From assembly GCF_039654945.1 (NCBI RefSeq), contig NW_027361763.1:7006001-7070000 (forward strand): 64,000 nt of DNA. The letters are read 5' to 3'. The translations under genes were made by a program, and so were the position numbers. Under the pieces are notes generated by a model. The model made no database searches. It had not been told where the DNA came from and worked only from the letters and a program-made list of their open reading frames with translations. The stretch comes from Dendrobates tinctorius (taxonomy: Eukaryota). Position 1 is the stretch's first letter; each line of letters starts with the position of its first letter. Positions 62,190 to 64,000 of the stretch are shown piece after piece.

Positions 62190-63304
62190 TTAGTTATCCT
62201 GTGAGCTGTCGGCCTGAGGCCTCCAGTACTTCCAATACCTGCTCCATACATGATTCCCGATGTTTGCCTGCTTCCATTACCTGTTTTCCACTTGCCGTAC
62301 CTGCCTGTTACACTGATGCTCATGGCTCGAGTGCCCACCCAGATCTAGGGCTTGGAGGATTCATCAGGTGAATGGAAGCAATGACTTGGCCCCAATCTAT
62401 TCATTGATTACCACTTAGTAACCTTGAAGTTCTTGCTTTGCTGTATAATAACTTGAAGGCATGGTCTTATCAAATTAAGCTCTCAAGTTAATCTAATGTG
62501 ATAAGGAGCTATGTGCATAGAATCTGTATCTGGAAGCTATTGAGATTTGCCTCTAGCATTAGATCTATTGTTAATCTTTGGAATAATTAAAAGGAAAATT
62601 AGATATAATTTCTCTATGTGATTGATTTTGCAAAATGAAAATCTTCGAAAACAACGGTGCTAGTTTCAGGAAGATTGTGAGATTCTTACCAGTATGTTTA
62701 AACAGAGAGCAGGAAAATATCTCTGTGATAAGCAAGCCCCCCTGAGAATTTGTTGGTGTGTCGCTACGTCTTACAGTAGAGAGGCATTGGCAGGCGTTCT
62801 AAGATATAGCTTTGAAAATTCCGACTTAATAATTATTTCAAAGGTGCAACATAAGTACGTAATTAAATCGGATGAGGCTTCAAATGGTTTTCTTTTCTCC
62901 CTTCTGGGGAAGGATAATGAAAAAATTGATATATTTTTGGTACAGTAAATGTATAAGAATTGACTGTTTCTATTGTATGAAATACTTGATAGAGAATGGT
63001 TAGCAAATACGATGCAGTTGTGTACTGTAACATTTGGAATACTACATATAAAAGTTTATTTTGGGCTCATAAAATTAAACCTTCTGCAAATGTTATTAAA
63101 AGGAGCAAAATGGAGATACTAGGGTTGTTACATATCATGAATGTACTTTCACTATTGTCCCTAAAATGAGAAAAGACAGAAATATTCTGTGAATTCTAAA
63201 ACTTACCATAGGAATTAGCAAAACAGCTGCCTATTTCTGATCTACGCCTTCTTCTCTGACATCAATTTCTGTTCTGCACCTTTTTTTGTTGAATCTACAC
63301 TTTA

Positions 63305-63950
63305 TAGACTTCCTGTTCTTCAGCCATTGGCTGAAGTTACGCCTCACACACTTTCTGTTCAACAACTATTGACTAAAGCTAACTTAATATTCTACAGCTG
63401 TTGGCTGAAGGTACATCTCAAAGGCATCCTGTTCTACAGCCATTGGCTGAAGCTACATCTCACAGGCTTTATGTTCAACAGCTATTGGTTAAAGCTAACT
63501 TCCTGTTCTACAGCTGTTGGCTGAAGGTACAACTCACTGGCCTCCTGTTCTACAGCCATTGGTTGAAGCTATACCTCTCCGTCCTCCTTTTCTGCAGCCA
63601 TTGGCTGTAGTTACACCTCACATACTTCCTGTTCTACAGCTATTGGTTTAAGTTAACTTCCTGTTCCACAGCTTTTGACTGAAGCTACTCCTCACAGACT
63701 TTCTGTTCTAATGCCATTGGCTGAAGCTGCACCTCACATGGAAGGATTTACAGTTATTGGACGAAGTTACATCTCACAGACTTCCTGTTCTACAGGCATT
63801 GGCTGAAGTTACATCTCACAGGCTTTTGTATCTACAGCCATTGGTTGAAGCTAGACCTCACATACTTTCTGTTCTACAGCTATTGGCTGAAGCTACACCT
63901 CACAGGCTTCCTGTTGTACAGCCAATAGCTGAAGCTAAACCTCATAGACT
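63305..63950. repeat. ~42-bp minisatellite with shorter variants
   Basis: Unit CTTCCTGTTCTACAGCCATTGGCTGAAGCTACATCTCACAGG. Confidence 0.9.
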
Positions 63951-64000
63951 CTGCAACACTCTTCACAGAGCATACAGGCTCCAAAATAGCTCACTCACAA

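Overview
Repeat-saturated vertebrate DNA, very likely anuran amphibian (inferred from the mix of L2, Tc1, hAT, PIF/Harbinger, piggyBac, Kolobok/T2, Penelope-like and Gypsy-type LTR repeats). I see no host protein-coding exon, so the window is probably intronic or intergenic. Main elements: a 5'-truncated L2 LINE (2.1-4.9 kb), a 5.9-kb non-autonomous piggyBac carrying a ~390-bp satellite (7.4-13.3 kb), a 12.4-kb hAT transposon with exact 8-bp TSDs and a nearly intact BED-finger transposase (17.8-30.2 kb), a decayed Tc1, a 4.4-kb two-gene Harbinger nested in a Penelope-like fold-back inside a minisatellite (39-45 kb), and many MITEs, solo LTRs and minisatellites. The most striking observation is the 7-kb cargo downstream of the hAT transposase. 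It holds roughly 50 copies of one stem-loop (lower stem, U-U mismatch, 5-bp stem, 7-nt loop A(A/C)CGUCA) whose stems show compensatory and G-U-compatible changes on the + strand. It also holds five and a half long fold-back hairpins and a duplicated multibranch module, and ends in an HDV-like ribozyme fold (29474-29545) set in A-rich flanks. This suggests a DNA transposon encoding a structured RNA array with a self-cleaving 3' end. All pairings were traced by eye; activity and novelty are untested.
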